64,000 nt of DNA from Anaerolineae bacterium. Its GTDB lineage: Bacteria; Chloroflexota; Anaerolineae; UBA1429. Shown here one piece after another: positions 62,886-64,000 of the stretch (within the stretch, counting starts at the first letter, position 1; every line of letters begins with the position of its first letter). The translations under genes were made by a program, and so were the position numbers. The DNA is taken from NCBI GenBank assembly GCA_040767425.1, contig JAXGON010000006.1:54595-118594 (forward strand). The letters are read 5' to 3'. Below the pieces are notes generated by a model. It ran no database searches. It had not been told where the DNA came from and worked only from the letters and a program-made list of their open reading frames with translations.

Positions 62886-64000
62886 CTAGGGGCGCAGAGA
62901 GGGGGGCGCCTCGATGGGGTCCTCCAGGAGGCGCTCGGCCAGGGCGCGATAGCTCTGCGAGATCTCGGCCTCGGGATCGGCCAGCAGGATCAGCTCCTGG
63001 CGGCTGTGGGTGTGATAGAGCAGGCCCGGGGCCGATGGTATCACCTCGAGGATCCCGAGGTTGATCTCGCTGGCGATCTGCGTGGCCGGCTTTTGCAAAG
63101 CGCCGGCATAGCGCTGCACCAGCACGAACCCAGGAACTTGGGTTCCGTAACGGCCGCCCTCGAGCCAGGCCAACAGCGTGCCCAGGTGCCACTCGGACAA
63201 GGGGTCATGCTCGCAGACGGGCAGGATGACGCTGGCTTGTGACAGCACCTCGGCTGTGTGTGACATGTTGGCGATGCCGAGATCGATGATGATGAGGCCG
63301 TACCTGTGCTGAAGCATGGTCAGCGCCTCGGTCAGGATGCCAGGGCGCAGCGGCTTGGGCGCGATGGCGTTAGAGAGCCCGGGGAGATAGTCAAAGCCGG
63401 CATGGGTCTCCAAGATGCAGCCCATGAGGCCTGCCATGGTCAGGCGCGTGCCCTCGGGGGCTAGCATCTCTTGTAGGCTCTGCCCCGTGTGGGTGTCCAG
63501 GAGCCAGGGGGCAGAGGCGCCATGTCCCTGGAGCTCGACGTACAGGATCTTGCGTTCGCCATCGACCAACGCGGCGGCCACGTTCAGAGCGGTGGTGGTG
63601 GTGCCCACGCCGCCCTTGGCGCCGACAAAGGCCAACACCCGGCTGGTGGGGCTAGGCGGCCGTTTGGCGCGGGCCAGCAGCGCCTTGAGGCGAGCCATCA
63701 CCTCTTTGGGGTCGGCCGGCTTGGCCAAATAGTCGTCGGCTCCAGACTCAAAGCCGTTGAGCTTGTCGGTGACCTGGGTGCGCGCGCTCAGCATCAGGAT
63801 CGGGACGTCGCGGATGGTCGGTATGCTGCGGATCTGGCGGCAGGTCTCAAAGCCGTCCATGTCCGGGAGCATGACGTCCAGAATCACAATGTCCACCGTC
63901 TCGGACATGAGCAGCTGGATGCCGTCGGCGCCGTTATAGGCCGACATGGTGCGGAATCCTCCGCGCTCAAGGACATAGCCGAGCATCTCCACAAAGACCG
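62886..64000 (-). CDS. receiver domain plus MinD/CpaE-like ATPase (5'-truncated by the window edge)
   Basis: ILDVMLP...DGFE, GADDYLAKP and deviant P-loop GAKGGVGTTT; the frame stays open to the window end. Confidence 0.88.
   Translation of the reverse strand, partial: VFVEMLGYVLERGGFRTMSAYNGADGIQLLMSETVDIVILDVMLPDMDGFETCRQIRSIPTIRDVPILMLSARTQVTDKLNGFESGADDYLAKPADPKEVMARLKALLARAKRPPSPTSRVLAFVGAKGGVGTTTTALNVAAALVDGERKILYVELQGHGASAPWLLDTHTGQSLQEMLAPEGTRLTMAGLMGCILETHAGFDYLPGLSNAIAPKPLRPGILTEALTMLQHRYGLIIIDLGIANMSHTAEVLSQASVILPVCEHDPLSEWHLGTLLAWLEGGRYGTQVPGFVLVQRYAGALQKPATQIASEINLGILEVIPSAPGLLYHTHSRQELILLADPEAEISQSYRALAERLLEDPIEAPPSLRP

Overview
High-GC bacterial chromosome segment. Chloroflexota/Anaerolineae-like origin is inferred from gene order and protein style, not proven. 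I call 68 CDSs with a stop inside the window, one tRNA-Pro(GGG), many near-consensus sigma70 promoters and several terminator hairpins. I found no integrase, transposase, phage gene, CRISPR array or rRNA. Positions ~9-24 kb hold carbohydrate/organic-acid catabolic genes. The rest is mostly housekeeping: rplU-rpmA-rpmE-tdk, ttuBA-yhhQ-era, proS, nusA-ylxR-infB-rbfA-truB-ribF, tgt, mutL, scpA, cinA, ffh-rpsP-khpA-rimM-dprA and carD. Most unusual items: (1) an in-frame RibF-archease fusion directly upstream of an archaeal-type RtcB at the end of the nusA/infB operon; (2) a glycine-zipper membrane protein with two tandem arrestin/Spo0M-like domains; (3) a co-degenerated PyrK/PyrD pair flanking a lipoprotein amidase; (4) a five-enzyme catabolic operon of unknown substrate; (5) a sulfatase-fold enzyme with TxPxR instead of C/SxPxR; (6) TAG-dominated stop-codon use (43 of 68 by hand count); (7) a rimP-leader-type attenuator in front of nusA although rimP is not there. 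All family assignments come from motif recognition by eye; no database search was run.
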